64,000 nt of DNA from Eledone cirrhosa (taxonomy: Eukaryota): positions 420,050,001 through 420,114,000 of the forward strand of contig OZ024740.1 in NCBI GenBank assembly GCA_964016885.1, in the 5' to 3' direction. Numbering within the stretch: the first letter of the stretch is position 1; every line of letters starts with the position of its first letter. Both the position numbers and the translations under genes were made by a program. The notes below the pieces were generated by a model that worked only from the letters and a program-made list of their open reading frames with translations, did no database searches and was not told the DNA's origin. Shown here in pieces: positions 21,530-35,376 of this stretch.

Positions 21530-22605
21530 ACTTAAGAACATAGATTTTACATGTGGGCGGTGCTCTGGTGCAATAAGTAGCAGCAAGTGCCCACAAAATA
21601 CTAGCTCTTACAACTGCGCAGAGGCCTCTATAGAAATAGTGGACAGCTTCCGTTACCTGGGTGACAAAATCAGCAGTGGGGGAGGGTCCTCTGAAAGTAC
21701 AGTAGCTAGAGTCAGAACTGGATGGAAAAAGTTCAGAGAGCTTATACCACTATTAGCCGCTAAAGGGTTCTCCCTAAAATTGAAAGGCAGGTTGTATGAT
21801 GCCTGCATACGAACAGCAATGTTGCATGGCAGTGAGACCTGGGCATTGTGTGCAGAGGATATACGCAGACTAGAGAGGAACGAAGCTTGCATGCTCCGCT
21901 GGATGTGTAATAGTAATATACGTGAACGGCAAAGCATAAACGAACTAAGGAAAAAATTAGAAATAAGAGGGATCAGATGTTGTTTACTCGAGAGAAGGCT
22001 ACGTTGGTATGGACACGTGATGCGCATGAAAGTCGATAGCTGTATAACAAAGTGCAGGGCAATAAAGATAGACGGTAGCCACGGAATAGGCAGACCTAGA
22101 AAAACCTGGGACGAGCTGATAAACTCCGACCTCACACACTTACACCTCTCCAAGACAATGTCACTGGACCGAGACCTTTGGCGGTACTCAGTAATAGAGA
22201 AGACCCGCCTTACCTAAATACATAGTAAAACCTACTACAGCCAGTAGGCATCTCTAACAAAATACACCCCCGTCCCACCACCCCCACCCCATCCACACCA
22301 CCCCCTCCTATGTAAAGTTATGTTGGTGCCGCGCCATCCAGGCCGAAACAAATGAGATCGTGTAGGTGTCACGACAAAAAAACACACAGTCCACGCTGTA
22401 ATGTGGCCGTGTAGGTAACACGGTAAAAACCTCCCAGACCCACACTGTAAATGTGGTTGGTGTTAGGAAGGGCATCCAACTGTAGAAAACCTGCCAGACA
22501 GTCCTATGCGAGCAAGACAATCACTCTTGCCTCAAGTTGGAATACCCCCGTCCAAACCCATGCAAGCGTGGAACACGGACGTTAAACGTTGATGATGATG
22601 ATGAT
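21530..22605 (+). mobile_element. 5'-truncated RTE LINE (open ORF2 C-terminus, 3' UTR, (GAT)n tail)
   Basis: ORF 21486-22217 contains FRYLGD, MLHGSETW, RRLRWYGHVMR and GRPRKTW motifs; tail GGACGTTAAACG(TGA)n. Confidence 0.92.
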
Positions 22606-23094
22606 AGATATTTTCTCATCTCCAGTTGGAACTTTACTGTAAGGGAAATCCTAAAGGAATTATTCTACAGAGCAGAGAACTAGAAAAACAATGACATTAA
22701 AAAACAACTGAATATATTATCTTAGCTAATTGATTAATTGATTAATTAGTGATGCAAGCCAGTAACTAAGGAGAACTATGGTGATGGATACCATAGGAGG
22801 TGTTATTTATTGATGGAAATATATTGATATTGGAATCTCATACTATTGTGAATATTAAGGTATTTGTGTCATTAAAATTATATATTTTAAAAAAATGTCA
22901 GGTGGGAGATTGGTAGTATTGGGAGAGTGTCAGACAACATGATTTGTGGCATAGAGTTATGTCCCTTTACATTCTGAGTTCAAATCCTGTCGATAATACA
23001 ATGATGACATAAATATATGTCAGTATTTATTGTGTCTTAGTTACCAATGACTCAGGAATTTCCATGGGGTCAACTAGTTATTATTATTATCATC

Positions 23095-23602
23095 GCATAG
23101 AGTTACGGCCCTTGCCATTCTGAGTTCAAATCCCGCCGAGGTTAACTTTGCCGTTCATCCTTACGGGGTCGATGAAATAAAGTACCAGTAATGCACTGGG
23201 TAATTGCTGGCCTTGTGCCAAAAGTAGAAACAATTATTATCATCATTAACAGTGTCGGTAGAGCGTCAGACAACATGCTTTATAGCATAGATTTACGGTC
23301 CTTTACGTTCTGAGTTCAAATCCTGCTGAGGTTAGCTTTGCCTTTCATCCTTATGGTGTCGATAAAATAAAGTACCAGTAATGAACCAGGGTTGATTTAA
23401 TTGACTTTCCCCTCTCCCAAAAATTGTTGGTCTTGTGCCTAAATTAGAAAACATGGCAGTATCGGTAGAGCTACGTCCCTTTACGCTCTGAGTTCAAATT
23501 CCGCGAAGGTTAACTTTACTTTTCATCCTTACGGAGTCGATAGAATAAAGTACCAGTAATGTACTGGGATAATTACTGGCCTTGTGGCAAAAGTAGAAAC
23601 AA
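23095..23602 (+). mobile_element. Cluster of three Meta-domain-like SINE copies
   Basis: Repeated CTGAGTTCAAATCC B-box plus GCCTTTCATCCTTACGG...AAGTACCAGTAATG body. Confidence 0.85.
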
Positions 23603-24724
23603 TATATTAAAAAACAAACAAACAGATATTTGCACCATTTTGTAAGAGATTAACGCAAGGAAATATATCCAAGACACGCTCCGGTAATTTAGACAGAAGT
23701 ATTTTTATTTTCACAGCCGTCTTCTGTCAGGGAATCCAATGGAAATACCATTACAAAGGTTTTTAATCAGTGAAGAAAATAATTTGAAAACCAACAAAGA
23801 AATCAAACACAAATTAGTTTGTGAAATATTTAAGAGATTTTCATGTGGTAAATTGGAATAAAGTAAATTTGATCCATGCAAAGAATAATCAAATAATTAT
23901 ATTGATTTATTTTTCTAATTTGACTGAGATGAAAATTATTTTTATTTAAGGGGAAAAATGCAAAGAAAGATAAAAAATCTTAATTTAAGATTTGTTTAGT
24001 CTGAGGACAGTTTTCCATCAAAACTCATAAATAAGTAGCAGTGTTTTACTAAAGAAATTATCTGCATAAAACCACATGCAACTTATCTTACACCATGCTT
24101 TAAGTTTAAAATTCACAGTACTCCCTAACACACACACATACACAGATTAAGTCTGTCTCGAGACCTGGGGCTCATCAGGCTGGTGCTTATCCTAGTTTCC
24201 ATGGCAATAAGTGACTGAGAGTACAAGACTCCCCCTGGACAGAGTACCAGTCCATCACAGGGTTAAACCCCCAGCTATTGCTGGTACACATTTTCAGCTG
24301 AGTATACTGGGGCAACATGAAATGAACTGTTTTGCTCAAGAACACAACACACAACCCAGTCTAGGAATCAAAACCACAGCATTATGATCATAAGTCCAAC
24401 ACCTTACCACTAGGCCACGTACCACCACACACACACACACACACTCTGTCGCAGGCGCACACACACTCAGGTAAATGTTTGAGTATTTACAGCCGGCTGG
24501 TCATGACTATCAGTGCTGTAAACAAATACAGTGATGACATTTCATGCTAAAACAAAATCAGCTTCCATGAGTGTAAAACATAGAAGCATAATTCTTTTAT
24601 TGGCCAGCTGTAATCTTAATTCCTATTAGATGCTACATACATACAGTTAATTAGGAATGGTAATTTAAAAGCACCGATTAATCTGCTCACTCCGTACAGA
24701 ATAAATAGATAAATAATATAAATA

Positions 24725-24933
24725 AAAAGATGTTGCTAAGATATATATATATGGTGTCGGGGTCTTTGCTAGAGTGTATTGGCAATGATCTATAATATTA
24801 AAAAGATGTTGCTAAGATATGGTGTTGGGTCTTTGCTAGAGTGTATTGGCAATGATCTATAATATTAAAAAGATGTTGTAAAGATATGGTGTTGGGTCTT
24901 TGCTAGAGTGTATTGGCAATGATCTATAATATT
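24725..24933. repeat. 67-bp tandem repeat, 3 copies
   Basis: AAAAGATGTTGCTAAGATATGGTGTTGGGTCTTTGCTAGAGTGTATTGGCAATGATCTATAATATTA. Confidence 0.9.
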
Positions 24934-25519
24934 AATACTCTGCTTGTGTACCAAAGAATGTATGTTATACTGTTAAATGTTGTGCTGGAGAGAGAGGACG
25001 TATAGTGAGTGAAATGGCAAGTAAAAAGAGAGAAAGACATGAGTGTTTATCAGAGGGGAGGGGGGTAACAGTCAAAGGTAGGGAGAAGGGAATGCTACAT
25101 ACACACATACACACACAGATGATATACTCAGAATTGCAGTGGCTGTTAAAGTGGTAAGGGGTTACAGGTAGGGATGTTGGTTAATATAAGTGGTAGTGAT
25201 GGTGGTTGTGGTAAGGAATAAGGTAATGGTGAAGAATGTATATATTTTTTATTACACTAAAATATATATTTTTTTAGCAGATGTAGATATCTTCTTATGA
25301 GACCCCTAGAGAGAAGAAAATTGATTAAAGATATTCATCATTTTGTTTTTCCTAAGTGCAGGCTTGGCTGTGTAGTTAAGGAGCTCACTTGACAACCACA
25401 TGGTTCTGGGTTAAGTCCTGCTGTGTGGCACATTGGGCAAGAATCAACTGCTATAGCTTTGTCAACAGGGCCGGCTTTATGGAGGTGGAGGGCTAATGCC
25501 CTACCATCACTGAACAGGG

Positions 25520-25577
<58 letters not shown>

Positions 25578-25971
25578 GTGTGTGTATATATATATCATCA
25601 TTATCACTGTTTAATGTCCATTTTCCATGCTGGCATGGGTTAGACGAGTTGTGCTATTGTGAGACAAGCCAAAGCAGATGACCATGTCTTGCTCACACTG
25701 GACCGATTTTGGCTTGGTTTCTACGGCTGGATGCCCTTCCTAATGCCAACCACATTGACTGTGTGTACTGTGTGTTTTTTGTACTGTTGTATTTGTTGAG
25801 GCAATGTTTTACAGGTAAATGCCCTTCCTGACACCAACCCCTTTAGTTACTTCATGACACATGTGGTGTCCCTATTCTAAACTGGATACACAGGGATGTG
25901 GTGTCCCTATTCTAAGCGGGATACACATGGCTAACTATATGGAGTATATATCAAGGTGTTATAGAACATAA

Positions 25972-26197
25972 CAGTGAAGGCGTGTGGCTGATTGGTTAGA
26001 GAATTGGATTCGTAATCGTGAAATTGTGAGTTCGATTCCTGGACCAGGTGATGTGTTATGTCCTTGAGCAAGACACTTTATTTCACGTTGCTCCTTCTAC
26101 CTGGAGTTGCGACCGATAAATAGTATTAGCAGTTGGAAAGACCAACGGAAACATTGTTTCCTCGGTCCGATTTGAGAAAAAGTCAATCGTTCCTTTA
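25972..26197 (+). mobile_element. tRNA-derived SINE, alternative tail subfamily
   Basis: A/B boxes, CCTTGAGCAAGACACTTTATTTCACG core, 13-bp TSD TTATAGAACATAA. Confidence 0.88.
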
Positions 26198-26312
26198 TTA
26201 TAGAACATAAAGATAGAAGTGAATTTCTTAAAGCTATTTCCACAGCAAATATGTTAACAGAATGTTAATATTTTATAAAACAGTACATGTTACAGAATTG
26301 GATATGTCTAAG

Positions 26313-26524
26313 TCATCACCATCATCACCACCACCGTCACCACCACTATCACCACCATCACCACCATCACCATCACCACCATCATCATCATCATCATCAC
26401 CACCACCATCATTACCATCATCACCACCACCATCGTCATCACCACCACCATCATCATCATCACCACCATCATCATCATCATCACCATCATCATCACCATC
26501 ATCACCACCATCATCATCATTGCC

Positions 26525-26556
<32 letters not shown>

Positions 26557-26646
26557 CGCCATCATTATCATCACCACCATCATCACCACCACCATCATCA
26601 TCACCATCATCACCATCACCATCATCACCACCACCATCATCATCAG

Positions 26647-26691
<45 letters not shown>
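26313..26691. repeat. (CAT/CAC)n microsatellite
   Basis: Direct reading; source of the poly-His, Ser/Pro and Asp ORFs. Confidence 0.97.
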
Positions 26692-27604
26692 TGTCATTTT
26701 TATATCCATTTTTCCACACTTGCATGGTTTGCTGAATCCTGCCGAGGTCAACTTTGCCTTTCATCCTTACGGGGTCAATAAAATAAAGTACCAGTAATGT
26801 ACTGGGGTCAATTTAATTGACTTTTCCCTCCGCCAAAATTGTTGGCCTTGTGCCTAAAATCTGAAACTGTTATTTAGCTCCAAATCAATTCTAAATGAGG
26901 AGACTGACAATCAAAAGGTATTCCAGTTGTGACCATCCCATCTTTTATTAAAACATAGTATATGTAAGACTACATTATCTTATGTGTCGTTCCGTTTTTC
27001 AAGATGGTAGAGTGTGATATCAAGGATATGTGTTTGCCATTTCAAGCAAATTCTATGAAATAAAATCTTCCAAAATAATTTCATATAAGAACCTTACATT
27101 AAGGTTCTATCTTGCCACCCTGGCCAAAACTGACCCTGGTTCTATGAAATAAAGCCATCTATTGTAAAGATTTCCAATTTAATTGAAATAGAGTGTATTT
27201 CATTAGAAATATGGTCATAAAAGGGTTTAAAATGTATGGACACATTGGATATTAGAGTCTTTGGGATATGGTCTAAAAGTAAGAAGTAATGGGATGGCCA
27301 TGATTAGAATTCTCTGATCATAGTTTTGTTGGTTCAGAGCTGACCTGAATCTCGTACTAAACAACAACAACAACCATTTAATATGATCCAACATTGTACA
27401 ATTCATCGTTGTGCAGTTAAAGATCAATTGATATGTCTATTAGTTGCATTAATTTATAATGAATTCTTCTTAAATTTCTGATTACTTGTAATGTTTTGTA
27501 ACCTTATATATAATGTTCTTCTAAATGACATGTTCGTTTTCTTTGGTTTTAGCATCCATTCACTAAGAAATCAATTTTTCATGTATTTATTTATTTATTT
27601 CATA

Positions 27605-29134
27605 CTAGCAGTAAAGCACGGCGTTGCTCGAGGTCGCTCAGTAGCTGTGTTAAAGTTACAATGTTAAGTTTCTTTTTTGGCTTAAAGTCTGTCTGCACGA
27701 CTGTCTGTCTGCACGCCTAACGAAATTTACTGATACATATATTTTAAATAAACTTATATAATTTTTGCTTTTTTTTACGAAATATTTGCTTGTTTTACGT
27801 AGTCTTTAAATAGACTTGTTTTCAAGTAAAAATATTGTTTTAAAAGGATTTTAAATGGAAATGAAGCAAAACGGAAGCTTAGTGTTCGAACTGATGAATT
27901 TTGCAGGTCAAAATTTTGCTGGCTCGACAACTGTTCGTGTATTGTGTTAATGTCATTTTAAACGCTGAGAAAGCCAGCGTAATTTTTTTAATTTTTGCAC
28001 GCAGAAAATGTAAACAGAACAAAGGGAAATAACTCGTCACTTACGCTCAAAAATCGATACATTAGATTCGATTTCGTCACATAGGGTGGGTCAATTTGAA
28101 ATATTTTTTTTCCGATGTCTTCGCTAGGGCTCAATGTACAAGTATAGCAATTTCGGTGCAATTCCGTCAGAGATTCTAAGAGGAGATGTGTGCCAAAAAT
28201 CGATAGACAGACAGACAACCACAGCTTTATATATATAGACTAGCAGTAAAGCCCGGCGTTGCTCGGGGTCGCTCAGTAGCTGTGTTAAAGTTACAATGTT
28301 AAGTTTCTTTCTTGGCTTAAAAACTGTAGTGTCTACTGTGCAGACTTGCATGTGGTGTTTTTGATTAATATTCCCTCAACCAACAATATGCCTTATGAAG
28401 TTAAGAAAACATAACGATAACCCGAATGTTATAACAAAAGAGGATGCTGGGGATAGAAACTGCACTGGTTATTTATTAACAAAGATCGAAAATGTAAACA
28501 CTGCAACGCAGAGAAAAACATTAGCGTAACCAAATTATCAGTTATGTCTGTCTGCACGCCTATATCACCTCTCTGCACGACTGTCTGTCTGCACGCCTAT
28601 ATCACCTCTCTGCACGACTGTCTGTCTGCACGCGTATATCACCTCTCTGCACGACTGTCTGTCTGCACGCCTAACGACGAAATATTTGCTTGTTTTACGT
28701 AGTCTTTAAATAGACTTGTTTTCAAGTAAAAATATTGTTTTAAAAGGATTTTAAATGGAAATGAAGCAAAACGGAAGCTTAGTGTTCGAACTGATGAATT
28801 TTGCAGGTCAATATTTTGCTGGCTCGACAACTGTTCGTGTATTGTGTTAATGTCATTTTAAACGCTGAGAAAGCCAGCGTAATTTTTTACGTAAGACGCT
28901 CAATGTAAACAGAACAAAGGGAAATAACTGATAACTTACGCTCAAAAATCGATACATTATATTCGATTTCGTCACATAGGGTGGGTCAATTTGAAATTTT
29001 TTTTTTCCGATGTCTTCGCTAGGGCTCAATGTACAAGTATAGCAATTTCGGTGCAATTCCGTCAGAGATTCTAAGAGGAGATGTGTGCCAAAAATCGATA
29101 GACAGACAGACAACCACAGTTTTATATATATAGA
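27605..29134 (-). mobile_element. Head-to-tail dimer of a non-autonomous Helitron (27605-28239 and 28240-29134)
   Basis: Minus-strand 5' TC, 3' hairpin CCCGAGCAACGCCGGG followed by CTAG, host A|T target, no TSD. Confidence 0.9.
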
Positions 29135-29522
29135 TTGCAATTTGTGAACAAAACCAATCATTGGTTTCCAAGTCACTGGTTCACTTTATTTCTGATAGCA
29201 ACAATGACAAGAGAATATCTGTAACTCAGTCATCATCGTCATCGTCATCACCATCACCATCACCGTCATCATCATCATCATCATAAACACCACCACCACC
29301 ATCATCATCATCATCATTGTTTTACTTTTATTGAGAGATGCAGAAGACCCAGCTTCCCTGATGCATGGCTTGAAGCATACATCTAGTATGCACCACTTTC
29401 CTCTACCCCCCTTTCATACACTTCCCACCTCTTGACAATCCATCCTTACACCCAGCCCCACCCTAGACCTACCTTTCCAATCCCCACACTACAAACATGC
29501 TTCTCCACCACCCCAGCTTCCA

Positions 29523-31255
29523 ATCCACACTGTAAAGTGGTCAGTTTGGTGCCACAACAAAAAGCACCCAGTGCACACTGTAAAGTGGTCGGTTTGGTGC
29601 CACAACAAAAAGCACCCAGCCCACACTGTAAAGTGGTCGGTTTGGTGCTACAACAAAAAGTACCCAGTCTACACTGTAAAGTGGACGTGTTGGTGTCATG
29701 ACAAAAAGTACCCAGTCTACACTGTAAAGTGGCCGTGTTGGTGTCATGACAAAAAGTACCCAGTCTACGCTGTAAAGTGGACGTGTTGGTGTCATGACAA
29801 AAAGTACCCAGTCTACACTGTAAAGTGGCCGTGTTGGTGTCATGACAAAAAGTACCTAGTCTACAATATAAAGTGGACGTGTTGGTGTCATGACAAAAAG
29901 TACCCAGTCTACACTGTAAAGTGGCCGTGTTGGTGTCATGACAAAAAGTACCCAGTCTACGCTGTAAAGTGGACGTGTTGGTGTCTTGACAAAAAGTACC
30001 CAGTCTACACTGTAAAGTGGCCGTGTTGGTATCATGACAAAAAGTACCTAGTCTACAATATAAAGTGGACGTGTTGGTGTCATGACAAAAAGTACCTTGT
30101 CTACACTGTAAAGTGGACGTGTTGGTGTCATGACAAAAAGTACCCAGTCAACAATGTAAAGTGGTCATGTTGGTGTCATGACAAAAAGTACCCAGTCTAC
30201 ACTGTAAAGTGGACGTGTTGGTGTCATGACAAAAAGTACCCAGTCAACAATGTAAAGTGGTCATGTTGGTGTCATGACAAAAAGTACCCAGTCTACACTG
30301 TAAAGTGGACGTGTTGGTGTCATGACAAAAAGTACCCAGTCAACAATGTAAAGTGGTCATGTTGGTGTCATGACAAAAAGTACCCAGTCTACACTGTAAA
30401 GTGGACGTGTTGGTGTCATGACAAAAAGTACCTTGTCTACACTGTAAAGTGGACGTGTTGGTGTCATGACAAAAAGTACCTAGTCTACACTGTAAAGTGG
30501 ACGTGTTGGTGTCATGACAAAAAGTACCCAGTCAACAATGTAAAGTGGTCATGTTGGTGTCATGACAAAAAGTACCCAGTCTACACTGTAAAGTGGCCGT
30601 GTTGGTGTCATGACAAAAAGTACCCAGTCTACACTGTAAAGTGGCCGTGTTGGTGTCATGACAAAAAGTACCTAGTCTACAATGTAAAGTGGACGTGTTG
30701 GTGTCATGACAAAAAGTACCTTGTCTACACTGTAAAGTGGACGTGTTGGTGTCATGACAAAAAATACCTAGTCTACAATGTAAAGTGGACGTGTTGGTGT
30801 CATGACAAAAAGTACCCAGTCAACAATGTAAAGTGGTCATGTTGGTGTCATGACAAAAAACGGCCACTCCACACTGTAAAGTGGACATGTTGGTGTCATG
30901 ACAAAGAGCACCCATTCCCCACTGTAAAGTGGTCATGTTGGTTCTATTATAAAAAGCACCCATCCCCCACTGTAAAGTGGTCATTTTAGTACCATGACAA
31001 AAAGGATCCAGTCCACACATGCTGGTCCCATGATAAAAAGCACCCAATCCACATTGTAAATGGGGTTGGCATTAGGAAGGGCATCCAGCTGTAGAAACCA
31101 AGCCCAAAACAGTTCTTTATGAGTAAGACATGGTCATCTGATCTGACTTGTCTTACAATAGGACAACTCATCTAACCTATGCTAGCATAGAAAAATGGAC
31201 GATAAATGGTGATGATGATGATGATGATGATGATTGTGGTGATGATGATGATGAT
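29523..31255 (+). repeat. 48-bp minisatellite (about 30 copies) expanded inside an RTE 3' UTR, followed by the RTE tail
   Basis: ACACTGTAAAGTGGACGTGTTGGTGTCATGACAAAAAGTACCCAGTCT units, then AGGAAGGGCATCCAGCTGTAGAAAC and (GAT)n. Confidence 0.95.
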
Positions 31256-34200
31256 GCAGAATAATTTTCTAACTCCAATAGAGAAAATTTAAATTAACTT
31301 TGAAAACTAGAAAGCAGAGAAACCATTTGTCTATTCATTCCACATATCAGTGTTTCATAGAAATATAACTGGAAGGTTTTTAAAAGAGGAATTCTTGAAA
31401 ACAAAAGTCAGATTGACATTTTAGTTCCCAGTAAATCAGGAGCCAATCTAATTTTGAAATAATAACATATTGTTATATTGGAGTTGTGAATGGGGAAAGA
31501 TAAAAAAACAATTTAAAACTTGTTTTATTTGGCACAGAACCAATTCCTGTAACCCTTTTGGAACCATAATGAAAAATATGTTGGGAACTTGTAAAATAAC
31601 CAACTTTTAGTGAAGTTGGTGTTTGGAACATAATTTAAAGGTTTTTACATAATATAGTAGAAGGTTTTAATGTAAATATGAACATTTTAAATCTGACTGT
31701 TTGTACCATGAAATCGGGGACAGTAACAGACAGCATCAGGTTGTTGGTACCATAAAATAGGGGACAGTAGCAGACTGTTGTGTATTTAGATCTAGATATA
31801 TTATAACAACAACCAGTAATTTCAATATTATAACACAACTGCTCTGTATTTACATCTAGTTATTAAATGATAAGTATTACTTAATCTATAATAATATAAA
31901 AGAACAAGACTCTATCAAAACTAAACAATGATGTAATTGTATTCTTTATCTCCAAAATGAGTTATATTAAAGAATTTTTTTTTAAAACTCTTTAAAATAT
32001 CAAAATTTTGGGTGGTGGGTGGAAGTTAGTGTGTGTGAGGGTGGAAGGGTGCATTATTTTCATGACTTACAAGTGAAAACATGTCTAAGTATTCTTTGAG
32101 TGGGTGGGAGTCTCTTTGTTTCTGCAGTTACACTAGAGGATGTAACAACACTCATAGTCAAATAATAGCAAGTAGTGTCCCTGCATTGTTCTTTCAGGGA
32201 GTGGGGTAGGGTTATATCTCAGTTCTATAGGGCCTTCTATTGTGTGGTGAAGTGTGAGAGCATGGAATAAAATCAGTCCTGTGTGAACGAAACACAAACC
32301 TCCAGCCTGATCTCTCAGAAAGGGACAGCCTGCCCTACCCATGCTAGCATGAAAAATGGACGTTAAATGATGATAATGATGGTAATGTCATAGTTATTCT
32401 GGCCCAGTATATTCTGGGTTCAAATTCCACCGTGACCTACTACGGTTGGAGACTTAATTAGTCACTTGGTTCACCATGTTGTTCCTCTGTCAGAGTACTC
32501 GTTAGCATGCAGGAATGTCTGTAAGTGAGATACAAACTCCTAGCCTTGTCAGAGGGAACATATGTGAGATAATGATGGGGAGAAGGGGACAGCCTGTCTG
32601 AGAGGTTGGTAGCTTCACTTGAGTACTGGCTTTGTCTGTGATGACCTGTTCAACCTTTGCTAATAAGGAAAACAAACATTAAATGTTGATGATGGTGATG
32701 GTGATGATGTAGTGTGTACTGCTGTAAAGTTATTCCAGACAATGACATGATGAGTCATGTCAAGACAAAACTTTCTTTAAATAACCAGTTAAAGCTATTT
32801 CACTTCACATGTTTCTCTCTCTTCCTTCTTACATCCATTGTCTCTTAAACATATAGAGACAGATGAAGAGAAATTATCATCATCTATTTACCACGCTAGC
32901 ATGGGTTAGACAAATTGTCCCGTTGTGAAACAAGTCAGGTCAGGTGATCCTGATTTGCTCATACAGAACTAATTTTGGCTTTGTCTCTACAGCTGGATGC
33001 CCTTCATAATACCAACCACTTTACAGTGTGGACTAGTTGCTTTTTGTTGTGGCACCAAAATACCACTTTACAGTGTGGACTGGGTACTTTTTGTGAAAAA
33101 ATGCACGACAGAAAGCAGAGGGGGGAGGGGGTGTAAGAGAAAGGTGAAGAGAGTTTAACCCTTTTGATACCAAACTGCTTGAAACCACCCCTCGTTTTAC
33201 CATATATATGCACCTTTGTTAAGTTGAAGTGCACCTGAGTACAGGATACAATACTTTGCATTATTATTTTTATCGGACGCCATGCTTTCCAGCATAGTTA
33301 CGTCCCTTTACGATCTGAGTTCAAATCCTGCCGAGGTTGACTTTGCCTTTCATCCTTACGGGGTCGATAAAATAAAGTACCAGTAATGCAATGGATAATT
33401 GCTGGCCTTGTGCCTAAAGTAGAAACAATTATTTTTATTTATTCAAAACTGTTTATTTGGACGTGTTTATATCTATCTAAAAAATCTCCTGTCATAAGTT
33501 ATGTAAAAACGTTTCTTAAGCTATGGTTGAAACACCTAGTTAATAAGGGTTTCTGGTTTAAGCACCAGGCCAACAATTTTCGGGGAGAGTAAATCAATTA
33601 AATTGACCCCAGTATGTGACTGGTACTTTATTTTATCAACCCTGTAAGGATGAAAGGCAAAGCTAACCTTGGCAGGATATAAATTCCCAGTGTAAAGGGG
33701 CGTAACTATATGCCACAAAGCATGTTGTCCAAAACTCTATTACTGCCAATCCACTGCCCTATACCTATTTGATAATAAGAAAATTACTTATATTACTAAA
33801 TCCTTCCAAATTCTTGATTATTTTCAAAATTATTTAGAAATCAAAGGCTGTCTCAGCTTTCATTAGAAACATGGTAATGAAAATTCATTATTTATTAAGG
33901 CAGTGGATTGGCAGTATCGGTAGAGGGTCGGATGCCATGCTTTCCAGCATAGTTACGTCCCTTAACGATCTGAGTTCAAATCCCGCTGAGGTTGACTTTG
34001 CCTTTCATCCTTACGGGGTCGATAAAATAAAGTACCAGTAATGCACTGGGTAATCGCTGGCCTTGTGCCAAAAATTAGAAACAATTATTTATTAATGAAT
34101 TCAATATGTGATTCAGTGGTGGTGGTGGTGATGGCAGTGGTGGTGGTGGTGGTGGCGGTAGTGGTGGCACTGGTGGTGGTGGCATAGGCGGCAGTGGTGG

Positions 34201-34329
34201 CAGTGATAGCACTGGTGGTGGTGGCATGGCTTAGGTATTTTAACCCTAGCAGCACCAGTCCCTCTGCAGATCTGACAACAACTAAAATTATATATATATA
34301 CACACACACATAAATATATATATATATAC

Positions 34330-35374
34330 AGGAAAGGTGTAGGTAGGAACTCCATTCTTTGCCCCAAATGCAAACAATGGGTACACAAGAGATGTAGCGG
34401 GATCTCAGGAAGCTTAATTAAGAATGTAGGCTTCACATGCAGCAGCTGTACTGGGACAGCAAGCAACAAACAGCCACAGGAAACAAGTACCACCAATCTC
34501 TGGGAGGGCTCTGTAGAGACAGTAGACAGCTTCTGCTACCTAGGTGACCGAATTAGCAGCGGAGGTGGGTGTTCAGAAAGTACAATAACTAGGGTAAGAA
34601 CGGGATGGAAGAAGTTCAGGGAACTACTGCCACTGCTAGCTGCAAAAGGCTTCTCCCTCAAAATGAAAGGCAGACTGTATGATGCATGTATCCGAACAGC
34701 AATGTTACATGGTAGTGAGACCTGGGCGCTGAAGGTGGAAGACTTACGTAGATTAGAGAGAAACGAAGCCTGCATGCTCCGATTGATGTGTAATAGTAAT
34801 ATACGCGAATGACAAAGCATAAATGAATTGAGAGAGAGACTGAGCATAAGAGGAATCAAATGCTGTGTGCAGGAGAGGCGGTTGCGTTGGACATGTGATG
34901 CGTATGAAGGATGACAGCTGCATAAAAAGGTGCAGAGCACTAGAAGTCGATGGAAACCGCAGAGTGGGGAGACCCAAGATGACCTGGGATGAGGTGATAA
35001 AAGCCGACCTTACCCAATTACACCTCTCAAAGGTTATGACACACGACCGTGACCTCTGGCGTCATGCAGTAATACAAGCTGAAGCATATAGACAATATGC
35101 CCCCACACCCTTCCACTGCAAGGTGGTCGTGGAGGTGCCACGGCAAAAAAGCACCCAGCCCACACTGTAAAGTGGACGTGTAGGCACCACGAAAAAGCAC
35201 CCAGCACTCACTGTAAATGGGGTTGGTGTTAGGAAGGGCATCCAGCTGTAGAAATCAAGCCAAATCAGTTCTGTATGAGCAAGGCATGGTCAGCTGACCA
35301 GACACTGCCCACAACAGGACAACCCGTCTAACCCATGCTAGCATGGAAGAACGGACGTAAAACGGTGATGATGA
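34330..35374 (+). mobile_element. 5'-truncated RTE LINE with PHD-finger segment, disrupted
   Basis: CPKCKQWVHKRC...CSSC, FCYLGD, MLHGSETW; internal stop and small deletions; (GAT)n tail. Confidence 0.92.
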
Positions 35375-35376
35375 TA

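Noticed and set aside
24145-24185. Possible minus-strand hammerhead (CTGATGAGCCCCAGGTCTCGAGAC)
   Set aside because: Lacks the GAAA core and stems I/III; it is a SINE 3' tail also seen at 63672-63720.
26262-26781. Poly-His, Ser/Pro and Asp/Gly ORFs (also 39805-40474)
   Set aside because: Trinucleotide microsatellites.
29571-30989. 472-aa Cys/Trp/His-rich ORF resembling a metal-binding repeat protein (also 14477-15135)
   Set aside because: 48-bp minisatellite from an RTE 3' UTR; no splice signals or unique domain.
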